Origin: a virus
Lineage: Duplodnaviria; Caudoviricetes
Reading direction: 5' to 3' (one strand)
IMG/VR virus record: IMGVR_UViG_3300030107_003655
Location: 1 to 47,379 of that record
DNA length: 47,379 nt
This document shows, one piece after another, positions 27,350-36,805 of the stretch (its first letter is position 1; every line of letters starts with the position of its first letter). A program made the translations under genes and the position numbers. A model generated the notes under the pieces. That model saw only the letters and a program-made list of their open reading frames with translations, was not told where the DNA came from and made no database searches.

Positions 27350-29164
27350 ATGGCAAGATTAATGACTAGACCATCTGTGGTTATACAAGAACCTGAAAGT
27401 GGTTTTGACGTATTTTTAAAAGAGGTAGCTAAGTATTATAGCCCCGAATATCAGCTTGCAAAAAAGCAAGATGAGCGTGCTGATGCTAGACTTGAATTAT
27501 CTAGGCAACAGTTTGAAGAACAAATAGAAAGCAATAGAATAAACAACGCAAGGAGCCAAGAGGCCCTTAAACAAAGTAAGAGAAATTCTGAAATACGAGA
27601 ACAAGAACTAGAGCTAAATAGATTTAGAACTGATTATAACCAAGCTAAAGACTATATTGATGAATCATTAAAATCTTACTCAAGCTCAGGCGATATGTCC
27701 ACTATGAATGTAGACTCTATTTTACTTGGTGCTAGCGAAAATGAAAAAGTTAGAAATAGATTAAAACCAATACTTTTAAATGTGGTTGAAAGTGCTAAGA
27801 CTAAGGAGTCAATGGCTAACTCATTTATGGAGAATTGGAATTTTAAAAACCCAGATAACCCTATGGGTATCGATGACGCAAGAACTTTCACTCAAGACCC
27901 TAAGTCCTATTCAACATTTCTATATAATACCTACCTTAAAGAGAAACCAGAAATAAGTTCATCTGACTCTAGAAAACTAACTTATTTGGCAGATGGGCTC
28001 AGTAGAAAAGAAAAAGAATTACTAGGTCTTAAAGAGGAGTTGTTAGTAGCAGAGGAAGGTACTGATTCTTACAGAATGAAATCAGATAGGGTAATTGAAC
28101 TGGAAGAATCCATACGTAATTTTGAAGGTATGGTAAATAATATAATCGGCCTTGATAGCCCACTTGCCTCTAGTGTGGAAAATCCATTTGGCGAAGGTGT
28201 CGGTGGAGTAGATGATGCGCAAGGAGGATTAGCGCCACTTTCTAATCAAGCCTACATTGCGGAATTAAGAAGGAGAGGTATTGGAGGTGTCCCTACCACT
28301 ATCGATGATGGTAGTTATGACTTAGCCTTTGGCTCAGATATGGAAACTGATACGTTGATAGCTGATAGCGCTATTGAAACAGCTATGAAAAACGCAACTG
28401 GGGAAAATGTGGAAAAGGTATTTTCAGATGGTAAAGAAGTACCAGAAATGTGGTTAGAACCAGCTGATGAAGACCTACAAGGTAATCTAATGTCTGGGGT
28501 TTCTCAGGTTGGGGCAAGTACTGTTCCACCAAAAAATCAAGGTACCTACGTACAAGAACTTTTTAATATGTTGCCCGGTAATTACACAGACCCAACTGAA
28601 TTAAGAAAAGTAGACGCTATGTCGGATAAGGAACTTTCTAATGTGTTTCCTGACAATTACATAGACCCTACTGAATTAAGAAAGGTTAATCAGCCTACTG
28701 TAACAGAGAGTGTTGGGGACTTGAGACCAGCAACACCTGTGCCATCTGCTCAGGCAGATATAGAAGGAGATGTTAAGATAGATTCTTTAGAGTTAGAAGA
28801 TTTTTCCAATCTTCCTCAAGCTCCTAGCCCAACGATAAACTCTCTTAAATCATTATCAATAGCCGATGATAAGGGAGAGCAATTAAATGTAGATAATCCT
28901 GCTAAGTTTCAATCACAATTAAAGTCTATGTATAATAAAATATTTAGAAAGGGAGCACGCTCTGGCTTAAGTAAAGATGAATATACTAGGTTAAATAGAG
29001 AATTGATAAGATTAATTTCTACAGGTTCAGGTATACAGCCTGCTACGGGGAATAGAATGTCAAGGATAGTACCAAGAGAAATAGAAATGTTTTTAAAATC
29101 TAAAAAACTTACTCCAGAATCTGCAATAAAAATACTAAATGAAAACATAAGATGGAGTAGATAG
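27350..29164 (+). CDS. Probable internal virion protein
   Basis: 604 aa, coiled-coil N-half and low-complexity acidic middle; syntenic with podovirus ejection genes. Confidence 0.55.
   Translation: MARLMTRPSVVIQEPESGFDVFLKEVAKYYSPEYQLAKKQDERADARLELSRQQFEEQIESNRINNARSQEALKQSKRNSEIREQELELNRFRTDYNQAKDYIDESLKSYSSSGDMSTMNVDSILLGASENEKVRNRLKPILLNVVESAKTKESMANSFMENWNFKNPDNPMGIDDARTFTQDPKSYSTFLYNTYLKEKPEISSSDSRKLTYLADGLSRKEKELLGLKEELLVAEEGTDSYRMKSDRVIELEESIRNFEGMVNNIIGLDSPLASSVENPFGEGVGGVDDAQGGLAPLSNQAYIAELRRRGIGGVPTTIDDGSYDLAFGSDMETDTLIADSAIETAMKNATGENVEKVFSDGKEVPEMWLEPADEDLQGNLMSGVSQVGASTVPPKNQGTYVQELFNMLPGNYTDPTELRKVDAMSDKELSNVFPDNYIDPTELRKVNQPTVTESVGDLRPATPVPSAQADIEGDVKIDSLELEDFSNLPQAPSPTINSLKSLSIADDKGEQLNVDNPAKFQSQLKSMYNKIFRKGARSGLSKDEYTRLNRELIRLISTGSGIQPATGNRMSRIVPREIEMFLKSKKLTPESAIKILNENIRWSR
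28580..28686 (+). repeat. Two in-frame repeats at 75-nt period
   Basis: NYTDPTELRKV (28580-28611) and NYIDPTELRKV (28655-28686). Confidence 0.8.
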
Positions 29165-29165
29165 T

Positions 29166-32100
29166 ATGGCACAGTTCTCTCAAAATATGTCAAAGGAAGA
29201 ACTTGTAAATGCATTTTCTACAAAGTCTCCTTTCTTGGGTAAAATGAGTGTTGATGGGGCCTACAATTATATAGTACGACAATACCCTCAATACAAATTA
29301 GATTCTGAAGAAACAGCATATAAGCCAGCTACTTCAAAAAAGAAGAACATATGGGATTCCTTACCAGCTCAAATAAGAAAAGGTTATAATGATTCAATAC
29401 AAGGAATGGCTTATGAAATGGCGACTGGAAATAAGAGATTTGACATTAGTGATTATGAAGAGGGAATAGTAAATGATTTGGCGGCTGGTGTGGCTTCTTT
29501 CTTTGCGCCAGTAGATTTTGCAACAACTATTGCTGGTGGAGGCATAGGAGGTGCGGCTACTAAATCATTAGTTAAGAAGTTTGTATTTAAAAAACTTGTT
29601 AATAACGGGGCTTTAAAAACAACTGCTGGTAGAGCGGCTGTTAAAGCTGGTGAGTTTGCTTCTAAGGTTGGAGCCGGAGCTGGTACACTTGGTTTATATT
29701 CAGGAGCAGGGGATGCATTACAGCAAAAAATAACAGATGGGACAATTAATGTTGGGAGAGTTGTTAAGACTGGTGTCAAGGGAGCTATCCTTGGTGGTAT
29801 GACTGGTGGAACTAATGCATATTTAACAAAAAGAGGAGCTAAGACATTAACTAAAGTTGGTGCAGAAATTGGTACATTCGGTATAGGTGCTCCAGTATTA
29901 GAGGGAGAGATGCCAACACCTCAAGACTTTTTACACGCTGGAAGTATGATTGCAGGTATTAAAGGTGTTAATTGGTTAGGTTCTAAGGGGCTAAAAGAGG
30001 TAAAGAAATTTGCTGATAGCGCAAGGGAAGCTGAGTATAGAACTGAAATAATCGAAAAGGGAACATCAGGTAGGGAAGAGTTATTTAAAACAGCTTCAGA
30101 AGCTAGGGGATTAAGAAGGCTTGTTCAAGAAAAAGAAAAAAAGGTTTGGGAGAATAGGAGGGGGCAAAGGGGTATAATTGTTTCAGAAGGCCCCGAAAAA
30201 ATTCAATTCAAACCATTTGGTGGAGAGTCTAAGGGCTATGTTGCAAAAAACTTTTTCAATACTTTTAGGTCTAAAGACAGAGCCGATATGTCGGTTAAGG
30301 ATATTAAGAAAAATAGAATAGATGATATAAGAAATCTTGAAAAAGAACTTGGACATAAAAAGAAAGTAAGGGAAACTAATAGAGTTAACTTAATGGAGAA
30401 AACAGATACTCCTAAAAAACCATCATTGGAAAATCTAAGTAATCAGTCTCTTGTAAAATTAAGAGATAAGCTCTCACTAGAACTATATTCAAAAGAAGCT
30501 ATAAAAGATTTTGAAAAACTAGGTATTAAAATGATAAAGCCTAGAGTTAGTATGTTTATGGATAAAATATTTCCAGAAAAGGTAAGTAGGTTATTTGATG
30601 TAATAAGGCCTGCAAAAAACCAAGGTAGTGTAGACCAAATGAGAAGGGCATACATAGGGCTCGCAGATACATACTTCACAGACTATAGAAGGTTTACGGC
30701 TCAAGCGCACGATTTAATGAGTAAAAATAATTTCTTAATAGATAAACCAACTCCCGGAATGATAAGAAGATTATCTGAAGGGTTGGGGGTATCTAGTAAA
30801 TCAGCATCAGATAATTATTGGACACTACTTACAGAAGCAGTAGAGAATGGTGTTGACATACCTGAAGTTACGAAATATAAATCTATCACTGATTATATAT
30901 ATAATAATGCTAAGCAATCTGGTGTCAATATTCCGGGTTATTTTGATAGGTATATACCTAGGATATTAAAGCAAGACGTTGCTACTGCGATATTTGCAGA
31001 TATACAAAATTTAGCTAAGTTTGCATTCCCAAAAGCTGAGATATCAAAAGATAAAAAAATTAGAGAAGGTGTAAACTCGTATCAGCAATTGGTAGATATG
31101 ATGTTAGAAGCTAAAGAAAATCCAGATATGTTTATCAAGAACAAGGGTAATGAAGCAAGGTTTCTAAATAGAATGATAAAGCTTTCTTTAAATAAATTTG
31201 AAAGTGATTATACGAAAAGGGGCCTTAGTTCTTTAATCGAAGAAGGTGGGGAACTTAAATACTTTAAGGCCTATAGTAGGCTAGCAAGAGAAACTTCTGG
31301 TGAGTTATTTAGAATAGATGGAAACATAGAAAGAAGTAGAAAGTTAAAACTACCCACAGATTTCTATGAAAGAGATGCTAAAAAATTATTAGCTATATAT
31401 TCTAGTAATACAGCTAGGCGCTCAGCTGAAGTAAAGAATTTTGGGAGAGAAGGCGAGGTTGCTACATCTTTATTTAAAAATGCTACCGATGATGATAGAC
31501 AGATAATGAAAGAGCTTCATAGGCACGTAATGGGAGATATTGCTCACGCAAGAGATTATAACTATAATCCAGCAATTAAAAACTTTTTAAAGAGAGCTGT
31601 TGAGTGGGAAACTGCAACTAAAATTGGTTTAGGTACTGCGTCTGCTATGAACTTGTCTCAGTTCACTATATCCTCCGCTCTTTCTGCTGGTTATTGGAGA
31701 TTCGGCAAGGGGGCATATAAGTATTATACAGATGATAAGTTTAGAAAACAAGTAGATGCTTCAGGTGCAGACTTATATAGATATATAGATGAGATGTTAG
31801 AACTGTCAAATAAGGATGCTCTCACTACAAAGCTAGTAACTTACTTAACTGATAAATCTCAATTTAATAGAATAAATTCTTATAATAATATATTAGCGGC
31901 TTCTGCGGCAAGAGTATTTGTAGATGATTTAGTTGCAGTTGTTTCTGGTAATAGAAATATATTCAACCCCGGTCAATTAGGTTCAAAGAAATGGGCTAGA
32001 GCCACATTAGTTAAAATGGGAATAGAACCTAAGCATATTAAGCAAGGTAAGGTAAATGAAAGTGCGATGTTAAATGCTTTGAGTAAGTTTGCAATAGATA

Positions 32101-32930
32101 CTCAGCTACAAAAAAATGTATTATCAGACCCATTAGTTTTTAATAGACCTACTTGGAAACCATTTCTACAATTTAAGAGCTTTGGCTATAGACAATATAA
32201 TTTTATAAGGGATACATTAAGGCACGATGCATTGCACTATAATGTATTTCCTATGCTTAGGCTTGCAGGCGCTGGTTTTGCTACTGGTGCAATATCTTTA
32301 AAAGCAAAAGAGTATATGAAATACTTAGTATCTGGTGAGAAATCATATGACCCATCTAGATTTTTAGAAACAGATGGTGAGGAAATAATAGAAAACATAG
32401 CCGCTGTAGGTGCATTTGGATACTTAGGAGACTTTCTAACATCAGCGTTAGAAGAGGGTAAATCATACTCACGTGCATTAACCTTTTTAGCAACACCTGC
32501 CATTGTGTCTGACATAGATAACTTCTTAAATTCTTTTATACCAGCACTAGAAAGAGACTATAAAAATTATGAAGGTGATTTTATAAAAAGAGTTCCAGCT
32601 AGATTACTTAAGCTAACAGGTAGCCCATTACTTAAGGACTTGGCAAAAAGAAAAGATATAGGTATAGGCCAAACAACATTAATAGATGTCCCAATAGAAA
32701 CAAAAGGTATGAGGAAAGATAGGATAACATTCTTAAGGGGAAGAAGAAAATCTGCATTACTAGATAAATTAGTAAAAGCTAATACTCCAGAAAATTACAA
32801 GGAAGTTATAAGAGACATTAAGCAATGGAATTCTGTATACCCTAATTATAAAATAAATGTTACTGATATAGATAACAAAGCAATAATGAAAAGAAAAATA
32901 CAAAAGTGGAAAAAGAAACAAAATGTCTAA
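29166..32930 (+). CDS. Large internal virion/DNA-ejection protein
   Basis: 1254 aa, helical, with Gly/Ala-rich membrane-like segments and FLQFKSF motif; last large late gene. Confidence 0.65.
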   Translation: MAQFSQNMSKEELVNAFSTKSPFLGKMSVDGAYNYIVRQYPQYKLDSEETAYKPATSKKKNIWDSLPAQIRKGYNDSIQGMAYEMATGNKRFDISDYEEGIVNDLAAGVASFFAPVDFATTIAGGGIGGAATKSLVKKFVFKKLVNNGALKTTAGRAAVKAGEFASKVGAGAGTLGLYSGAGDALQQKITDGTINVGRVVKTGVKGAILGGMTGGTNAYLTKRGAKTLTKVGAEIGTFGIGAPVLEGEMPTPQDFLHAGSMIAGIKGVNWLGSKGLKEVKKFADSAREAEYRTEIIEKGTSGREELFKTASEARGLRRLVQEKEKKVWENRRGQRGIIVSEGPEKIQFKPFGGESKGYVAKNFFNTFRSKDRADMSVKDIKKNRIDDIRNLEKELGHKKKVRETNRVNLMEKTDTPKKPSLENLSNQSLVKLRDKLSLELYSKEAIKDFEKLGIKMIKPRVSMFMDKIFPEKVSRLFDVIRPAKNQGSVDQMRRAYIGLADTYFTDYRRFTAQAHDLMSKNNFLIDKPTPGMIRRLSEGLGVSSKSASDNYWTLLTEAVENGVDIPEVTKYKSITDYIYNNAKQSGVNIPGYFDRYIPRILKQDVATAIFADIQNLAKFAFPKAEISKDKKIREGVNSYQQLVDMMLEAKENPDMFIKNKGNEARFLNRMIKLSLNKFESDYTKRGLSSLIEEGGELKYFKAYSRLARETSGELFRIDGNIERSRKLKLPTDFYERDAKKLLAIYSSNTARRSAEVKNFGREGEVATSLFKNATDDDRQIMKELHRHVMGDIAHARDYNYNPAIKNFLKRAVEWETATKIGLGTASAMNLSQFTISSALSAGYWRFGKGAYKYYTDDKFRKQVDASGADLYRYIDEMLELSNKDALTTKLVTYLTDKSQFNRINSYNNILAASAARVFVDDLVAVVSGNRNIFNPGQLGSKKWARATLVKMGIEPKHIKQGKVNESAMLNALSKFAIDTQLQKNVLSDPLVFNRPTWKPFLQFKSFGYRQYNFIRDTLRHDALHYNVFPMLRLAGAGFATGAISLKAKEYMKYLVSGEKSYDPSRFLETDGEEIIENIAAVGAFGYLGDFLTSALEEGKSYSRALTFLATPAIVSDIDNFLNSFIPALERDYKNYEGDFIKRVPARLLKLTGSPLLKDLAKRKDIGIGQTTLIDVPIETKGMRKDRITFLRGRRKSALLDKLVKANTPENYKEVIRDIKQWNSVYPNYKINVTDIDNKAIMKRKIQKWKKKQNV

Positions 32931-33783
32931 TACTGTCAAAGGATATTTCGAACCCTCTTCTACTAGCGTCCATAATAATATAGATAATCTAATACTTGAT
33001 GCCGAACTAGATAAACTTGCACAAACTGGTAGTATGCGTGCAGATACTAGGCCTCAGTACATAGGAGGAGTAGACCCTATTGTAGAGAATATAGCAATGG
33101 GCCCACTACTTACATTGAAAAGCCTTGGTAGTGTAGGTAAGAAACTTCTAGATAAGACTAATCTACGTAACCCAGTATCTCATTACACAACTGGACAAGG
33201 TGCTACTAATATATTAAAAGAGGGTAATATTCAAGGTACTAGTCTTTATCCCGGTAAGTCAAGCAGAACAAAATTTAGAAAATCTGGACAAGGTGACGAC
33301 TGGTCAGCTTCCATTACTAGAGACCCTATGTTTACCTCAAGACCTCACGGCAGTATAGGAACAGATATTAGATTTATCTTAGATAGAGATGAGTTAGTTA
33401 GAAAAGGTTTCCCTATGAAGCCTATAGCTGTTGGAGGTTATAAGAAAACTAGTCCTTATGAATTTAATAAAGAAAATGCCAGATATCAAAAAATGAACCC
33501 TAAATTTGAGTTCGAAGAAAGAGTAAGAGGTAATATACCTACTGAAAATATTAAACTTATAGATATACTACAATTACCGATAGGCGATACTAAATATCAT
33601 TCTGAAAATATGTCAAAGCTATTGAGACAATTATCTAAAACAAATATACCTATTATAAAAAGTAGTTCAGTAGAAAAAAGACTTAATAAAATGCCTATAA
33701 GTGATGTAGGCTCTTTGTCAGATATATATAAATTATGGGAAACGCCTACTTATAAATTTGACCCTTTCAAAAAAGTTAGGTAA
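32923..33783 (+). CDS. Putative ADP-ribosyltransferase-fold protein
   Basis: HYTT..GA..IL.EG.I, SASITRD and FEFEERV match the three ART core strands. Confidence 0.5.
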   Translation: MSNTVKGYFEPSSTSVHNNIDNLILDAELDKLAQTGSMRADTRPQYIGGVDPIVENIAMGPLLTLKSLGSVGKKLLDKTNLRNPVSHYTTGQGATNILKEGNIQGTSLYPGKSSRTKFRKSGQGDDWSASITRDPMFTSRPHGSIGTDIRFILDRDELVRKGFPMKPIAVGGYKKTSPYEFNKENARYQKMNPKFEFEERVRGNIPTENIKLIDILQLPIGDTKYHSENMSKLLRQLSKTNIPIIKSSSVEKRLNKMPISDVGSLSDIYKLWETPTYKFDPFKKVR

Positions 33784-33785
33784 CT

Positions 33786-35117
33786 TTAAAAAGGCTTAGG
33801 TGTTCCACTAACTCTATCCCCTCTGCTCTTCGCTAGTTCTACTGCTTCAGATTCGGTATTAGTAACTAAGCAACTATTACCATAGTATCCAACCTCGCAA
33901 GAATTAGTACTACCATATCTATTCTTAGCTACAATCAGCTCTAGAAAACAATCACTATTCCCATCATCTCCATACCTTGACACCCAAGGATAGTGAGTAA
34001 ATACTACTATCTCTGCATCTTGCTCTAAGTTACCAGACTCTGCTAAGTCAGACAACCTAGGAACTCTGTCATTTCTGTGCTCCATATTCCTATTCATCTG
34101 TGATACTAATATAACAGACATATCTTGTGCCTTAGCTAGCCACTTATAACTACGGCTAACATCTCCTATCTTTAAACGCAAATCCCTCCTATCGTGTGTG
34201 GGGTGCTCTATTAATCCTATATGGTCGTCTATTACCACATCTGGGTTTATTGATTTTATCTCACGGAATGTACCCTCTATATCCCTCACGTCATCAAACA
34301 TAAATAATTTACCATTATATATTTTAGATATTTCTGATGAAACATCTCCTAATTCTACTTGGTCTATGCCTATGTTATTTCTAAGGTTTCTGTACTGTAA
34401 TGATTTAGACTCCATAGCTATAAACTTCTTCATCATCTCAGTATTTGGCATTTCTCTATTGAACATAGCAACTGTAAGACCTTTATGAACTAAGTTCCTC
34501 GCTATGTTTGCAGACACAGTTGTCTTAGCATTGCCCGGTCTTCCTGCTATTATGGTAACCTCCCCTCTAGTCATTCCAGTTATTACTCTATCAAGAGTTC
34601 CTATGCCAGTAGGTATTTGAGTTGTTGAATTCAATATTGAATCTTTCGTATCTTCAAGTACAGAGTCTATGTCAAACGTTCTATTAGGCTGTAGTTTTAT
34701 TATGTTGCCTATTGTGGTGTGGGCTTCTTCTAATAAATTACTAGTCTCTAAGGAAGAATCATTTAAATTCTTAGATATGCCTAACATCTGATTGTGCAGT
34801 ATTCTTCTTAAGTAATATGCGTGTAATCTCTTGGCATATTCTATTGATTTAGATGCTGATATTACAATATCTAAGAACCCTGCTATCTCATACTTGGGGC
34901 TATGGTTATCGTTATTATTCCCAACCTCTTCACATATTGTTATTAAGTCTATGTCTTGATTACTGGAGTTGAGTTTATCTATTGCAAGCCAAACTTTCTG
35001 GTTGAAGCTTGAATAAAAGAATTCCTTATCTGGAATATACTGCTTTACTAAGTCTACATATTTACTATTAGTAATCAAACAACCTAATAATGCTTGTTCT
35101 AGTTCAATACTCTTCAT
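33786..35117 (-). CDS. dnaB: Replicative DNA helicase, DnaB family
   Basis: EQALLG, PTGIGTLD, AGRPGNAKT, SQMNR, PRLSDLAESGNLEQDA, VAKNRYG. Confidence 0.95.
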   Translation of the reverse strand: MKSIELEQALLGCLITNSKYVDLVKQYIPDKEFFYSSFNQKVWLAIDKLNSSNQDIDLITICEEVGNNNDNHSPKYEIAGFLDIVISASKSIEYAKRLHAYYLRRILHNQMLGISKNLNDSSLETSNLLEEAHTTIGNIIKLQPNRTFDIDSVLEDTKDSILNSTTQIPTGIGTLDRVITGMTRGEVTIIAGRPGNAKTTVSANIARNLVHKGLTVAMFNREMPNTEMMKKFIAMESKSLQYRNLRNNIGIDQVELGDVSSEISKIYNGKLFMFDDVRDIEGTFREIKSINPDVVIDDHIGLIEHPTHDRRDLRLKIGDVSRSYKWLAKAQDMSVILVSQMNRNMEHRNDRVPRLSDLAESGNLEQDAEIVVFTHYPWVSRYGDDGNSDCFLELIVAKNRYGSTNSCEVGYYGNSCLVTNTESEAVELAKSRGDRVSGTPKPF

Positions 35118-35484
35118 TTATATCCTTTAGTTTTGGTGGGATTCTATCCAGCTTTTTCCTTTCGTACTCACGCCTAAGTAAAATCCTCTTACTTTCATTC
35201 TTTATCATACCTGCTAGGTACTTTACCCCAAATCCCTTTTGGATTCCTCCTTTGCTGTCAAACTTTCTTATTGACTCCATAACTATCTCATCCTCAACCT
35301 TCTCTATATCTGCTAGGAATCCAGTTTTTACAATATCATCCACATCCCAGTGCTTGGAGAATTTATCTAATATACTATCTATATACTCCAATACTTTCGG
35401 AGGTCTCATAAGTCTAAGAGATTCTAGTCTAAACCTAACATCCTTTTTTAGAATATTGTTATTACATAATGGACATTTAGCCAC
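35104..35484 (-). CDS. Possible replication initiator/helicase-loader-like protein
   Basis: GTG start (MAKCPLC) with GGGGAG RBS; KYLAGMIKN resembles the DnaD-type YxxxI helix; directly upstream of dnaB. Confidence 0.5.
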   Translation of the reverse strand: MAKCPLCNNNILKKDVRFRLESLRLMRPPKVLEYIDSILDKFSKHWDVDDIVKTGFLADIEKVEDEIVMESIRKFDSKGGIQKGFGVKYLAGMIKNESKRILLRREYERKKLDRIPPKLKDINEEY

Positions 35485-35740
35485 AGATACCACACTCCCC
35501 TTCTTCCATTGGTATCTTAGCAAACATAGATTTTCTTAATAACTGAGTGCCAAGTGATTTACCACCAGACGTTATTGACTTTGTTTGATATGGGTTTTTA
35601 CATATTGAACATCTATATACCTTACTTAAAGATTCTATCTTTATCCTACTCTTATCAGTAATAGAGTATTTCACAGCTTCCCAATCAATCCAATCCTTAC
35701 CTAAGTAATGCTCTATGTTAAGAATTCTACTTCTTGTCAT
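35477..35740 (-). CDS. Zinc-finger protein, 87 aa
   Basis: CSIC and CGIC; ATGA coupling with the resolvase stop gives start 35740. Confidence 0.65.
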   Translation of the reverse strand: MTRSRILNIEHYLGKDWIDWEAVKYSITDKSRIKIESLSKVYRCSICKNPYQTKSITSGGKSLGTQLLRKSMFAKIPMEEGECGICG

Positions 35741-36072
35741 TGCTTCGTATTTTTTTCTAGAGTCTTTAGCCTCGCTATTATCTCTAACAAATTTGTCATT
35801 GGTATTATAGCGTATACTTTGCCCCTTGATTCCTTCACGCATTGGAGGTGTAATCCCTCTATTTGCTCCGATGGTTTCAGCCATTCTGCTATCCTTTTCC
35901 GTACCTTACATTGTACGGTGTATTCTTCTATTGTTAAGTCAACTTCAGGGTGGAGTCCTAATGACCTTCCATCAGAACCCCACGCTCTGTTAGATTCTAA
36001 GCCATATTCCTTTGCTAGGTTTACAACTTCTCTTTCAAATCTATTTCCTTTTGCTTTGCTTTTTGACGGCAC
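35737..36072 (-). CDS. Holliday junction resolvase, Hjc-like PD-(D/E)xK
   Basis: SKAKGNRFEREV, EVDL, VQCK. Confidence 0.8.
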   Translation of the reverse strand: MPSKSKAKGNRFEREVVNLAKEYGLESNRAWGSDGRSLGLHPEVDLTIEEYTVQCKVRKRIAEWLKPSEQIEGLHLQCVKESRGKVYAIIPMTNLLEIIARLKTLEKNTKQ

Positions 36073-36077
36073 GTTTT

Positions 36078-36335
36078 CTACCCCTCTTTCTTTTTTTCTT
36101 GAATGGGCTCTCTAGGAATTTCTCCATCCCTAGTGCCACTTTCTTGAATAAGTCCATCTATTTTTTTCTCCATAAACTTAGTATACTCTTCTGTTTCCCC
36201 TTTCATTTTTAGGTAATTATATAGGAAATCTCCAAGCATTTCTATTGTTTTTTTATTAGAAATAACTAACCCAGACACATAGTCTAATTGTCTCTGTATA
36301 GTTCTCTTTGTGAGTTTATTATTTTTTCTCTTCAT
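36078..36335 (-). CDS. Hypothetical protein, 85 aa
   Basis: ATG 36335 (MKRKNNK); helical and basic; the longer TTG start lies inside an RNA structure. Confidence 0.65.
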   Translation of the reverse strand: MKRKNNKLTKRTIQRQLDYVSGLVISNKKTIEMLGDFLYNYLKMKGETEEYTKFMEKKIDGLIQESGTRDGEIPREPIQEKKKEG

Positions 36336-36344
36336 AGTATTAAT

Positions 36345-36427
36345 AGATTGGTGAGGTAAACTTTTGGTGCCAACCAAGAATTTTATAAATCAACTTGATT
36401 TGTATTCTCTTTTACCCCACCATATCT
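36345..36427 (-). ncRNA. Candidate multi-branched structured RNA
   Basis: 12-bp closing stem 36349-36360/36411-36422 enclosing two hairpins; pairs better on the - strand. Confidence 0.5.
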
Positions 36428-36429
36428 AA

Positions 36430-36567
36430 TTATTTATTATCTATTTTATTCTCTATTCTATTAAGTCTCCATACAACGCTTAACTGTAACACAAGCATCA
36501 TCAACATAGTAAATTCCCAATAGGGAAAATACTCTACACTAAATAATGCTTCCCAATAGTATCTCAT
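36430..36567 (-). CDS. Small membrane protein, 45 aa (not in ORF track)
   Basis: MRYYWEALFSVEYFPYWEFTMLMMLVLQLSVVWRLNRIENKIDNK; AGGAG RBS. Confidence 0.7.
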   Translation of the reverse strand: MRYYWEALFSVEYFPYWEFTMLMMLVLQLSVVWRLNRIENKIDNK

Positions 36568-36671
36568 TTCTTACTCCTATTCTTCTTTGTTTTTTTAATG
36601 CAGTCATCACAGACTCCAGATTTATTCATTGTCGGCTTATCACAACCGTGACACATAAAAGGTGTTGGCAT
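36564..36671 (-). CDS. Mini zinc-finger protein, 35 aa (not in ORF track)
   Basis: MPTPFMCHGCDKPTMNKSGVCDDCIKKTKKNRSKK; AAGGAG RBS; ATGA coupling. Confidence 0.7.
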   Translation of the reverse strand: MPTPFMCHGCDKPTMNKSGVCDDCIKKTKKNRSKK

Positions 36672-36770
36672 ATAAACTCCTTAATTAATAGGGTGTTTTA
36701 GAGGAAATGTAAGGAGAATAGCAATCTAACCTTCAAGGGACACCCAAACCCTACTATTAATAAATACTTT

Positions 36771-36791
36771 GGGGTGTTTAAGGTACACCCC
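36771..36791. terminator. Perfect 7-bp hairpin after the HTH gene
   Basis: GGGGTGT-ttaaggt-ACACCCC. Confidence 0.5.
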
Positions 36792-36805
36792 TAACCTTTC
36801 TCTAT

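Noticed and set aside
35741-35884. N-terminal extension of ORF 35477..35884
   Set aside because: Overlaps the resolvase by about 145 nt; ATGA coupling supports start 35740.
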